Shown here: one piece after another, positions 51,101 to 61,499 of the stretch | How positions within the stretch are numbered: the stretch's first letter is position 1 | How the letters are laid out: each line of letters starts with the position of its first letter | Origin: Haliotis cracherodii | Lineage: Eukaryota | Direction of reading: 5' to 3' | Assembly (NCBI RefSeq): GCF_022045235.1 | Contig: NW_027266297.1 | Span: forward strand, 73,160,001 to 73,224,000 | DNA length: 64,000 nt | Made by a program: the position numbers and the translations under genes | Notes under the pieces: model-generated | Told to the model about the DNA's origin: nothing | The model's database searches: none | Seen by the model: the letters and a program-made list of their open reading frames with translations, nothing else

Positions 51101-52533
51101 TTATTGCGATTTGTCGACGTCGTGTGACAGGAGATTTATTGCGCTTTGCCGACGTCGTGTGACAGGAGATTTATTGCGCTTTGCCGACGTCGTGTGACAG
51201 GAGATTTATTGCGCTTTGCCGACGTCGTGTGACAGGAGACTTATTGCGCTTTGCCGACGTCGTGTGACAGGAGATTTATTGCGCTTTGCCGACGTCGTGT
51301 GACAGGAGATTTATTGCGCTTTGCCGACGTCGTGTGACAGGAGATTTATTGCGCTTTGCCGACGTCGTGTGACAGGAGATTTATTGCGCTTTGCCGACGT
51401 CGTGTGACAGGAGACTTATTGCGCTTTGCCGACGTCGTGTGACAGGAGATTTATTGCGCTTTGCCGACGTCGTGTGACAGGAGATTTATTGCGCTTTGCC
51501 GACGTCGTGTGACAGGAGATTTATTGCGCTTTGCCGACGTCGTGTGACAGGAGATTTATTGCGCTTTGCCGACGTCGTGTGACAGGAAACTTATTGCGCT
51601 TTGCCGACGTCGTGTGACAGGAGATTTATTGCGCTTTGCCGACGTCATGTGACAGGAGACTTATTGCGCTTTGCCGACGTCGTGTGACAGGAGATTTATT
51701 GCGCTTTGCCGACGTCGTGTGACAGGAGACTTATTGCGCTTTGCCGACGTCGTGTGACGGGAGATTTATTGCGCTTTGCCGACGTCGTGTGACAGGAGAT
51801 TTATTGCGCTTTGCCGACGTCGTGTGACAGGAGATTTATTGCGCTTTGCCGACGTCGTGTGACAGGAGATTTATTGCGCTTTGCCGACGTCGTGTGACGG
51901 GAGATTTATTGCGCTTTGCCGACGTCGTGTGACAGGAGATTTATTGCGCTTTGCCGACGTCGTGTGACAGGAGATTTAGTGCGCTTTGCCGACGTCGTGT
52001 GACAGGAGACTTATTGCGCTTTGCCGACGTCGTGTGACAGGAGATTTATTGCGCTTTGCCGACGTCGTGTGACAGGAGACTTATTGCGCTTTGCCGACGT
52101 CGTGTGACGGGAGATTTATTGCGCTTTGCCGACGTCGTGTGACAGGAGATTTATTGCGCTTTGCCGACGTCGTGTGACAGGAGATTTATTGCGCTTTGCC
52201 GACGTCGTGTGACGGGAGATTTATTGCGCTTTGCCGACGTCGTGTGACAGGAGACTTATTGCGCTTTGCCGACGTCGTGTGACAGGAGATTTATTGCGCT
52301 TTGCCGACGTCGTGTGACAGGAGATTTATTGCGCTTTGCCGACGTCGTGTGACAGGAGATTTAGTGCGCTTTGCCGACGTCGTGTGACGGGAGATTTATT
52401 GCGCTTTGCCGACGTCGTGTGACAGGAGATTTAGTGCGCTTTGCCGACGTCGTGTGACAGGAAACTTATTGCGCTTTGCCGACGTCGTGTGACAGGAGAC
52501 TTATTGCGCTTTGCCGACGTCGTGTGACGGGAG
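51101..52533. repeat. Minisatellite, 35-bp unit, ~41 copies, CpG-rich
   Basis: TTATTGCGCTTTGCCGACGTCGTGTGACAGGAGA(T/C). Confidence 0.97.
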
Positions 52534-53040
52534 AACTGCTGTGCTGTGTTGGGCAACATACAACACTTGGGCAGGACATGTTTACCTTCCTCGCGAACAC
52601 CCGGTGTCTTCACTGATTTCCACTGATACAGTCATACGCCTTTCACCGCTAGTTGCCTTGTACTCACAATGGAATCGGCATGGGCAGATAATGGTTATTC
52701 TCTGGCATTTTGAAACCCAAGATCAACGATGATAATTATAATGCTGGGATTCGAACCAACGATCACCACATCTGGTATCTAAGGGATTCAACTCCGTACC
52801 GCGGGTTTAGACGCTACTGGACCAGTGGACCGTATATTTTGAATTCCCTTGGACAGTGAAACTTACAGCCTTCCGTTAACATAGTGCCTGCCTTTAAATA
52901 TTGTGATTTGACATGATTTTGCATCAAAGAAAGGTGTTAATCAAATGTGGTTGGATTTCTGTTCCTTCATGACAACGTCAGTGACACTTTGATAGCAGCC
53001 AGTTGTATTTGTTTACTGTATATCTTCTTACGCCAATTAT

Positions 53041-53208
53041 GAGTGAGTGAGTGAGCATGGTTTTACGCCGCTTTTAGCAATATTCGAGCAATATCACGGC
53101 GGAAGACACCAGAAATGGGCTTCACACATTGTACCCATGTCGGGGATCGAACCCGGGTCTTCGGCGTGAGGAGCGAACGCTTTAACCACTAGGCTACCCG
53201 ACCGCCCC
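53041..53208 (-). mobile_element. Family B tRNA-derived SINE, full length
   Basis: Minus strand GGGGCGGTCGGGTAGCCTAGTGGTTAAAGCGTTCGC...GGTTCGATCCCC and (ACTC)n tail. Confidence 0.92.
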
Positions 53209-53422
53209 GCGCCACTTGTGTGTATCTACTGGGATGTAGCTACTGTTGGTCATTGAGCATGTCTGCTGGGGTATTACTGTTGATTGGCATCCTAGAATTT
53301 GTTGAGTAAGTAAGAAAACGTACAACTTTATGGATTTAACTACAGCTTGATAATCTACATGGAAACGTGCTTATATGCAATAAACCAGAAGTTGTTATCC
53401 ATAAAATTACTTTTTCTTACTT

Positions 53423-53835
53423 ACTGGGGTATATCTTCTGATGACACTTGTTCCTGTCTTCTGGGGTATATCTTCTGATGACACTTGTTCCTGTCTTCTG
53501 GGGTATATCTTCTGATGACACTTGTGCCTGTCTTCTGGGGTATATCTTCTGATGACACTAGTGCCTGTCTTCTGGGGTATATCTTCTGATGACACTTGTG
53601 CCTGTCTTCTGGGGTATATCTTCTGATGACACTTGTGCCTGTCTTCAAGGGTATATCTTCTGATGACACTTGTGCCTGTCTTCAAGGGTATATCTTCTGA
53701 TGGCACTTGTGCCTGTCTTCAGGGGTATATCTTCTGATGACACTTGTTCCTGTCTCCTGGGGTATATCTTCTGATGACACTAGTGCCTGTCCTCTGGGGT
53801 ATATTTTCTGATGATTCTTTTGTCTCTCTGCTGGG
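53423..53835. repeat. Minisatellite, 37-bp unit, ~11 copies
   Basis: CTGGGGTATATCTTCTGATGACACTTGTGCCTGTCTT, running into the acceptor region of exon 16. Confidence 0.95.
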
Positions 53836-53848
53836 ATTGTAACTCTAG

Positions 53849-53997
53849 CGCACCTAATGGAGCCCTACCTCGTGTTCTCTGACGAACGCCTCGACAACAT
53901 TTATCAGGGGTCCCTTATCCTCAACATGTACGGCATGTTCACGCTGCAGTCGCTGTCGAAGCCGAAGGACGTCGCAGTGGACACAGAGGGGAATAAG
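53849..53997 (+). CDS. LRP-like gene exon 16 (start of propeller 3)
   Basis: HLMEPYLVFSDERLDNIYQGSLILNMYGMFTLQSLSKPKDVAVDTEGNK. Confidence 0.92.
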
Positions 53998-54804
53998 GTC
54001 AGAATTTTTTGTTGTTTAATGCCGCACTCTGCAATAAATAAAAATAATAATAGCGTTTAGACCAGATTAATCAAGTGATTAATGATAAAAGCAATAATAG
54101 CAATGATATTAATAAATCCCAATCTGTTGACCGACATTGGGAGAGTACCAGGTTTGCTGCCAGGGATACGGTCTTTCTGACTATCTGGGTAATGCAGAAA
54201 ACTGTAGTGTTTAGGAGTCTTCACATTCTTCGAAACGTTCTGGGTGGGTTTGACTAGGCAGCGCTTCCTGGGAGAAGTCCCATTCGCTGTCTGGGCTGCG
54301 TGTAGAGGGGGCAAGGGCCCTGATCTGATGATGAGCCTAACCTGCCTGACTGTGTCAGGATCACCTCTTTGCTGCATTTTTTATTCTAATCTGTATATAA
54401 TGATGATACTATTGTCATATGATATGCGCTATATTTCCTCTACAAACAGGGGCGTGCTCAAAGCAAATCAGTATGCACTTGATTTCCTACTCAGCTCCTC
54501 AGACAGTCGTCAAGTCGTCCCTCAGCATAACCTGCTTAGGTCCTATTCTTAAACTGGAAAGGTTAGAGGTTAAAAGGGTTCGCTGGAGTAAATAATGGAC
54601 TGAAGCATAAGTCCTGTGTTGATTGGAAGGAAACCCTCCCTCGCTTCATAACACGATGTTATTTCAACATGATATTAAGGCAACATCCCATGTAGAAGAA
54701 AACCCTATCAGGGATGACCGGCAACCATGGCTACTTCATAGCAGGAGTATTTCTATGTGGTATCAGGCAACAACAGACATACTTATACCGATGTCTTTTC
54801 GCAG

Positions 54805-54892
54805 ATCTACTGGACTGACTACGTCGGCATCATCAACTGCGCCTACTTCAACGGCAGTCATCAACACGTCGTCTATGCTGACAAAATCGTCA
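54805..54892 (+). CDS. LRP-like gene exon 17
   Basis: IYWTDYVGIINCAYFNGSHQHVVYADKIV, a canonical YWTD; |GTAAGT. Confidence 0.95.
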
Positions 54893-55479
54893 GTAAGTAC
54901 ATTAAGTGCACCGTCAGGTGCATGGTATGCAGTCAAGGCATCAGTAAAGCTTTCAAAACGTTTTATGGTAGAGGATATATGTGGAGGAGACTGCCAAAGT
55001 TAACGCATCAGTGACCAAATTTGTGTCCGATGCATTTCCCTTTTACCTTATGCTCACGTGTTTTTTTCAGGCTAACCATTGACTTGCCTTTGTATGTGTT
55101 TGTGACGGGTGCCACCTTTTCGCGAACACCTGGTGTCATCATCACTATTTGATAGTGATTAATATATAATTATGATATAGTATTTGTTATATAGTGGGGA
55201 TCGTACAAAGGATCGTACACTGCAGAGATTTCTTATGATTGTGAAAAGGGTTTTGTCTCTTATGTTAAATGTCCTTTTGCAGAAAGTCAGTTGATTTGAC
55301 TAAGTATTTAAACGTTTTGCAGGTAGGCTAACTTAATGGTCGTAGACGTTTACAACATTGGTTAAACCTACGAGGCTGACAAACCAAGGATCTTGGATTC
55401 GAACCCATGAACCATTTGCTATGTGACACAGCTCTGCACGCCGTGTTGCAGCATCTGGACCCGCACATCCCAACCTGAT

Positions 55480-55840
55480 ATAGTGCATGGTTGATGTGGT
55501 GTGGTATCGAGGATAGTGTGTGGGTTGATATGGTGTGGCATAGATAACAGTGTATGGGTTGATGTGGCGTGGTATAGAAGATAGTGTGTGGGTTGATATG
55601 ATGTGGCATAGATGACAGTGAATGGGTTGATATTGTGTGGTATAGAAGATAGTGTGCTCGTCTTAACCCGGCATGGTGTGTGGGTTGATATCGTGTGGTG
55701 TAGAAGATAGTGTGTGGGTTGATATGGTGTGGCATAGATGACAGTGTATGGGCTGACGTGGTGTGGTATAGAAGATAGTGTGCTCGTCTTAACCCGACAT
55801 AGTGTATGGGTTGATATCGTGTGGTGTAGAAGATAGTGTT
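55480..55840. repeat. Diverged ~34-bp tandem repeat
   Basis: GATAGTGTGTGGGTTGATATGGTGTGG(T/C)ATAG units. Confidence 0.85.
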
Positions 55841-55989
55841 CTCACCGGTTACATATTATTCATACGATTCTCATGAGTCACACACATTGTGGTAATATCT
55901 TGGAATGTCCATGCACTTTACAATTGATATCTTGTATCGTCCTTCTGACTGCCAGTTACTCAATATCTATTATTGGCGTTGTTCTTCAG

Positions 55990-56149
55990 AACCGGTCAAC
56001 ATTGCCCTGGACGTGGCGTCCAAGCTGGTGTATTTTGTAGATAATCGAGGCAACATCGGTGTTGTGCACGTAGTCACTGGCGTGTACCAACAACTCCTGG
56101 GGCGGGACGTCATAAAGGCACAGGACATAGCATTGTCTCCAGAACAAGG
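55990..56149 (+). CDS. LRP-like gene exon 18
   Basis: PVNIALDVASKLVYFVDNRGNIGVVHVVTGVYQQLLGRDVIKAQDIALSPEQG. Confidence 0.92.
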
Positions 56150-56867
56150 GTAACCTGTCACACTTGCGTCAACCCTTATTGATTTAAACATTTTAAGTAA
56201 AAGAATTGGATTGTGCATCCTTTACAACTTAGCTACCCCCTTCCAACATATTTACCTGATAAGCGATATATAATATAACAATTTAAATATGTACAAAAGA
56301 GAGAGTATATACAGAGACAAGCAGCAGGAAACGGAGTTATACATTTATTTAAGTCTTTTAGTGCAGTTGATATACTGATAACCAGAGCGAGACAGCTGTA
56401 CCTTTCCCTTGTAGCTGAGATGGGAGCCCCCCTTTAACAAGGATTATATATCAGGGACTAGCCTGTTTTTACAAATTTTAGTTATGCTAAGGAACATTAA
56501 ATTTCTTGCAGTTTGATAAAATGGATATTCTATTAAGTAATGATCAACGTTTTCACATTGAGAAGTACAGAGATAGTTAGGGATGTCTATTAACCAATTC
56601 TAAATACGTAATAATTTAACCCTTATGGAACGTATGTCATTCTGTAAGCTGGGGGTCTTGTCAAGAGTTGAGTCTGAAAAATGTAGCATATTTAGTTTTC
56701 ATAATGAAACAATCATGCACCAGTTATTTACTTCTCCGATCTTCTGAATGCTTACATCAGAAACAATCCATACTACATATAAACTTCTAACAATAATTGG
56801 GCTGTAAATATAAGCTAATCACGGTACTGTCAGAAAACTATAAGTTACATTTACGATTCTCGTACAG

Positions 56868-57025
56868 CTTGATGTTCATCTCGGGGCAAACCGAGGTTCG
56901 CAACGGCAGCACCAACATCACGGAACGTCTGCAGTGTATCACGATGTCGCACATGGACGGTACCAACCTGGAACAAGTCGCTTTCGGCCTCGGCCAACCC
57001 AGAGGCATCACTGTATACAAAGACC
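56868..57025 (+). CDS. LRP-like gene exon 19
   Basis: LMFISGQTEVRNGSTNITERLQCITMSHMDGTNLEQVAFGLGQPRGITVYKD; donor C|GTACGT, phase fixed by exon 20. Confidence 0.92.
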
Positions 57026-58500
57026 GTACGTACTGCACGGGGTACACTGACACCTTCAACAGAATGTAGCACATTGTAGTTCTGAAAGAGTACGTACTGC
57101 ACGGGGTACACTGACACCTTCATCAGAATGTAGCACATTGTAGTTCTGAAAGAGTACGTACTGCAAGGGGTACACTGACACCTTCAACAGAATGTAGCTC
57201 ATTGTAGTTCTGAAAGAGTACGTACTGCACGGGGTACTCGGCAACCTTCAACAGAATGTAGCACATTGTAGTTCTGAAAGAGTATGTACTACACGGGGTA
57301 CACTGACACCTTCAACAGAATGTAGCACATTGTAGTTCTGAAAGAGTACGTACTGCACGGGGTACACTGACACCTTCAACAGAATGTAGCTCATTGTAGT
57401 TCTGAAAGAGTACGTACTGCACGGGGTACACTGACACCTTCAACAGAATGTAGCTCATTGTAGTTCTGAAAGAGTACGTACTGCACGGGGTACTCGGCAA
57501 CCTTCAACAGAATGTAGCACATTATAGTTCTGAAAGAGTACGTACTGCACGGGGTACACTGCAACCTTCAACAGAATGTAGCACATTGTAGTTCTGAAAG
57601 AGTACGTACTGCACGGGGTACTTGGCAACCTTCAACAGAATGTAGCACATTATAGTTCTGAAAGAGTACGTACTGCACGGGGTACACTGCAACCTTCAAC
57701 AGAATGTAGCACATTGTAGTTCTGAAAGAGTACGTACTGCACGGGGTACTTGGCAACCTTCAACAGAATGTAGCACATTATAGTTCTGAAAGAGTACGTA
57801 CTGCACGGGGTACACTGACACCTTCAACAGAATGTAGCTCATTGTAGTTCTGAAAGAGTACGTACTGCACGGGGTACTCGGCAACCTTCAACAGAATGTA
57901 GCACATTATAGTTCTGAAAGAGTACGTACTGCACGGGGTACACTGCAACCTTCAACAGAATGTAGCACATTGTAGTTCTGAAAGAGTACGTACTGCACGG
58001 GGTACACTGACACCTTCAACAGAATGTAGCACATTGTAGTTCTGAAAGAGTACGTACTGCACGGGGTACACTGCAACCTTCAACAGAATGTAGCACATTG
58101 TAGTTCTGAAAGAGTACGTACTGCACGGGGTACACTGCAACCTTCAACAGAATGTAGCACATTATAGTTCTGAAAGAGTACGTACTGCACGGGGTACACT
58201 GCAACCTTCAACAGAATGTAGCACATTGTAGTTCTGAAAGAGTACGTACTGCACGGGGTACTTGGCAACCTTCAACAGAATGTAGCACATTATAGTTCTG
58301 AAAGAGTACGTACTGCACGGGGTACTCGGCAACCTTCAACAGAATGTAGCACATTATAGTTCTGAAAGAGTACGTACTGCACGGGGTACTCGGCAACCTT
58401 CAACAGAATGTAGCACATTATAGTTCTGAAAGAGTACGTACTGCAAGGGGTACTCGGCAACCTTCAACAGAATGTAGCACATTGTAGTTCTGAAAGAGTA
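57026..58500. repeat. Minisatellite, 64-bp unit, ~23 copies, starting at the 5' splice site
   Basis: GTACGTACTGCACGGGGTACACTG(AC/CA)ACCTTCAACAGAATGTAGCACATTGTAGTTCTGAAAGA. Confidence 0.97.
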
Positions 58501-58721
58501 TATGATGCCCCTCTGGTGTTAATGAGTACTACTGATAGAGCAGGACATGAAAGGCCGATACGATAAAACACTCCCTGGAGTGTGTTATTGTATGATGAAC
58601 AACTTCCACTTATCGTATATTTCTTAAATATTTCACCATTACATTAACGAGCAGATCTACAAAGGATTATAGCACAGATTAGCGTGTTGTACCTACAGCT
58701 TTTTCAGCACAGCTACGAAAC

Positions 58722-59242
58722 AGCGTCTTCCCGTGGCAAGTGAGTTAACTGACTATAAAAGTCCAGTTTCCACCCTTGCTGAACTAGGCTGGTATTATGA
58801 AATTACATTTTGGCTGGACTAACGAGTCTATGCATAGTCGAATCAAAAAAGCGCAACGAAATCGAAATCTGGTTCGTAAACTGTCGTGCAGATTTCGCTC
58901 GATGGCAGGATTTGCAAAGCATGTGCATCGCAAACTCATTGTCAACAGATATTTTCCAAATCTTTTCATTTTTTTAATCAAGATGCTCGTGTGATTTGAT
59001 GCCCTTCGCGATGTAAGACCCGTTTAATCATAATATAGATCAGACTGGGTGCAGCCATTTTGTTTGTTTGCAAGTGATGCGAGAGGTGGAATCTGATTGT
59101 CCATAAGAGAGCCTTAGAAGGGACATAACTCGTTATACCCACTGGTGGTGCTATGATCGAGCGCAGGAATTCCAACCTTGTTCGGCAAGGGTGGAAACTG
59201 GACTTTTCAAGTCAGTTAACTCTTTTGCCTCGGGAAGATGCT
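58722..59242. mobile_element. MITE copy 2 (inverted relative to 32227-32733)
   Basis: AGCGTCTTCCCGTGGCAAG ... TTGCCTCGGGAAGATGCT; interior is reverse-complement similar to copy 1. Confidence 0.88.
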
Positions 59243-59341
59243 ATACAGTAGATCAATGCAGTTATCTATGATGAAGCTACTGCTTTTGCTGGACAGCCAG
59301 ACTGTGCCCCGCTGACACGATGTTTGTATGTTCCCTTCTAG

Positions 59342-59504
59342 GTGTCATCTGGGCGGACGCCAAGTATCAGACGTTGGAGGAGGTGAGGGTGGGGTCCTGG
59401 AATCGTACTGTGTTGGTGGAGAACATGCGTCAAGCTCCCATTGACGTCGTCGTTCACAGGGGCTTCTTGTACTGGACGGAGACAGGTGCCCGATATGTTC
59501 TGAG
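59342..59504 (+). CDS. LRP-like gene exon 20
   Basis: VIWADAKYQTLEEVRVGSWNRTVLVENMRQAPIDVVVHRGFLYWTETGARYVL; AG|GTAGAG, phase 2. Confidence 0.93.
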
Positions 59505-59791
59505 GTAGAGAGTCAATGTATTGTACAGTTGCACATAGAAAGGTTCCTTGAATACTGGACAGGATATAACTACAGACTGCGACAGACAATCTGGTGTCAC
59601 GTAATGGGTGCTTTGAATACACTATGTGGGGTCGAATCCCGCATGGGTCTCAACCAAAAATGTACTAGAATCTGTACTTTACAAAGAAAGTGTTATCCCA
59701 AATATATGGTTACAAATGGGTGCTTGATTTACATCTTTAAGTGTGGTTTACACATAAGAAAGTTGATACGTTCGAAGTGCATAGCCCAGAA

Positions 59792-60062
59792 GACCCGTGA
59801 AGATCCGGGTAAGAATAGGTCTTCAGCAACCCATGCTTGCCGTTACAGGCGACTAACGGGATCGGGTGGTCAGGCTCACTTACTTCTATGATGTATGTCA
59901 TAGTATCCCAATTGCGTGGATCGATGCTCATGATGTCAATCACTGGATTGTCTCGTCTAGACTCGATTGTTTACAGACCGACATCATATAGCTGGAATAC
60001 TGCTGAGTGCGGCGTTAAACAACAAACAAATAAACAAACAAACAAACAAACAAACAAACAAA
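59792..60062 (+). mobile_element. Family A retroposon with 13-bp TSD (single-hairpin variant)
   Basis: GCATAGCCCAGAA (59779-59791) and GCATACCCCAGAA (60063-60075); starts GACCCGTG; (CAAA)n tail. Confidence 0.93.
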
Positions 60063-60108
60063 GCATACCCCAGAATCCTCACTCTGATCCCGTTACTGTT
60101 GATGACAG

Positions 60109-60209
60109 GACTCCTCTGAATGACCCCATTGTGCAGGAGATGTACATGCCCAGCTCGCGCTTCTTCAACCTGGGAGGACTGGACGTGGCTTCGGACGAAT
60201 TCAACTACA
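60109..60209 (+). CDS. LRP-like gene exon 21
   Basis: TPLNDPIVQEMYMPSSRFFNLGGLDVASDEFNY; ACAG| and A|GTAAGC. Confidence 0.85.
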
Positions 60210-60683
60210 GTAAGCAACATAGAATCATGAAACAGCCCGAACCTGCATCAGCCTCAGGGGAATTACGGGAAGGAATTGTTACTCAGTAACCTACGCTTGT
60301 GGTAGGATGTGGCTCTGAGAAATAGATGAATGCGTATATCGCATATCACCCTTTATTCAAGACTGGTGGGCCATCTGCAGTTCATCTTTACGAGGCAAGA
60401 GCGTCCACTCGCCTTTTTATCTAAGTCTTGTTTCCTTTGCTAAATATAATTGGACTATCGCACATATCGATAGTCCAATCAGAGAACGTTTCACAAAATC
60501 AACATCCACGACTGGTCCTTCGTATGAAAGTCATTAACGGCTGCTTGCCTTTGTTGACACGAATATGTCCTAACGATTGCCTATGTTTTGGTGTCGGGAA
60601 TGAAATCGCGAATGGTTTCGTTATCTGATAGACGAGGTCAACCCCTATGGTAGTCGCCATTTTGTGAAGCTATACGAGATAAG

Positions 60684-60854
60684 AGTGAGTGAGTGAGTGA
60701 GTTTGTTTTTACGCCGCTTTTAGCAATATTCCAGCAATATCACGGCGGGGGACACCAGAAATGGGCTTCACACATTGTACCCATGTCGGGAATCGAACCC
60801 GGGTCTTCGGCGTGACGAGCGAACGCTTTAACCACTAGGCTACCCGACCGCCCC
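60684..60854 (-). mobile_element. Family B tRNA-derived SINE, full length
   Basis: Nearly identical to 53041-53208. Confidence 0.92.
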
Positions 60855-61004
60855 TGTAGCTGGGATATTGCGAAGTTAAACAATCCCCTCAACACCAGTC
60901 AGCCGTTACTGTTAAAGAAACACTACAGAAACAACCAGCGTTCATGCTTACACTTTCAATCTTTGCTTGCTGCTGGAAATGGACTTCTTTTGGGAGGGGG
61001 ATTA

Positions 61005-61114
61005 ACGCCCGGGAACGTCCGAGGACGCACGGAAACGTCAAGGAACGGCGTACGGGAGGTTTTATAAGACGTCCGGGAGTTCAATAATGCGTTGCCCGGA
61101 CGTTCCCGGACGTT
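61005..61114. repeat. Short inverted repeat (possible small MITE remnant)
   Basis: AACGCCCGGGAACGTCCG ... CGGACGTTCCCGGACGTT. Confidence 0.65.
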
Positions 61115-61232
61115 ATATAGTAGGACTGGTAGATAATGCATTAGAACATGTTGTGGTATACTCGCACATACACAGCAGGGTTAATGTCATCTCTGTCTGG
61201 TCAGAATCACTCACATCCATCTTCCGTTGCAG

Positions 61233-61382
61233 CATCTGCATGTCAACGCCACCGCTGTCAAGACCCCAGATCACGCCATGGAACCCGGACCTTATCCACG
61301 CATACCCTCTGCATTCCCACCCCTCGGGGCGCCGTGTGTGATTCCCCTAGCGAGAGATTTGACAGTGCAGAGTGTCATTTTG
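61233..61382 (+). CDS. LRP-like gene exon 22 (atypical EGF-like module)
   Basis: SACQRHRCQDPRSRHGTRTLSTHTLCIPTPRGAVCDSPSERFDSAECHF; strong acceptor, 3' boundary uncertain. Confidence 0.75.
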
Positions 61383-61499
61383 GTAGAAGGGACTGCACCG
61401 AAAGAGAGAAATACATGGAAATGAGTAGGATCATGGCATTGTATTTTTATGTGGTTTATCCAGTCCTTACCCGCAGTCGTGCCCATTGTCCAGCCGTGT

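Noticed and set aside
53100-53208. tRNA genes at family B and D heads
   Set aside because: Box A/B sequences run into SINE bodies and repeat tails without a complete acceptor stem; treated as SINEs
51101-53835. 35-37-bp repeats as CRISPR arrays
   Set aside because: Units are contiguous with no unique spacers, no cas genes are present, and the context is a eukaryotic intron
53423-53835. CTGATGA in every unit as a hammerhead ribozyme core
   Set aside because: No GAAA partner or closing stems in the unit
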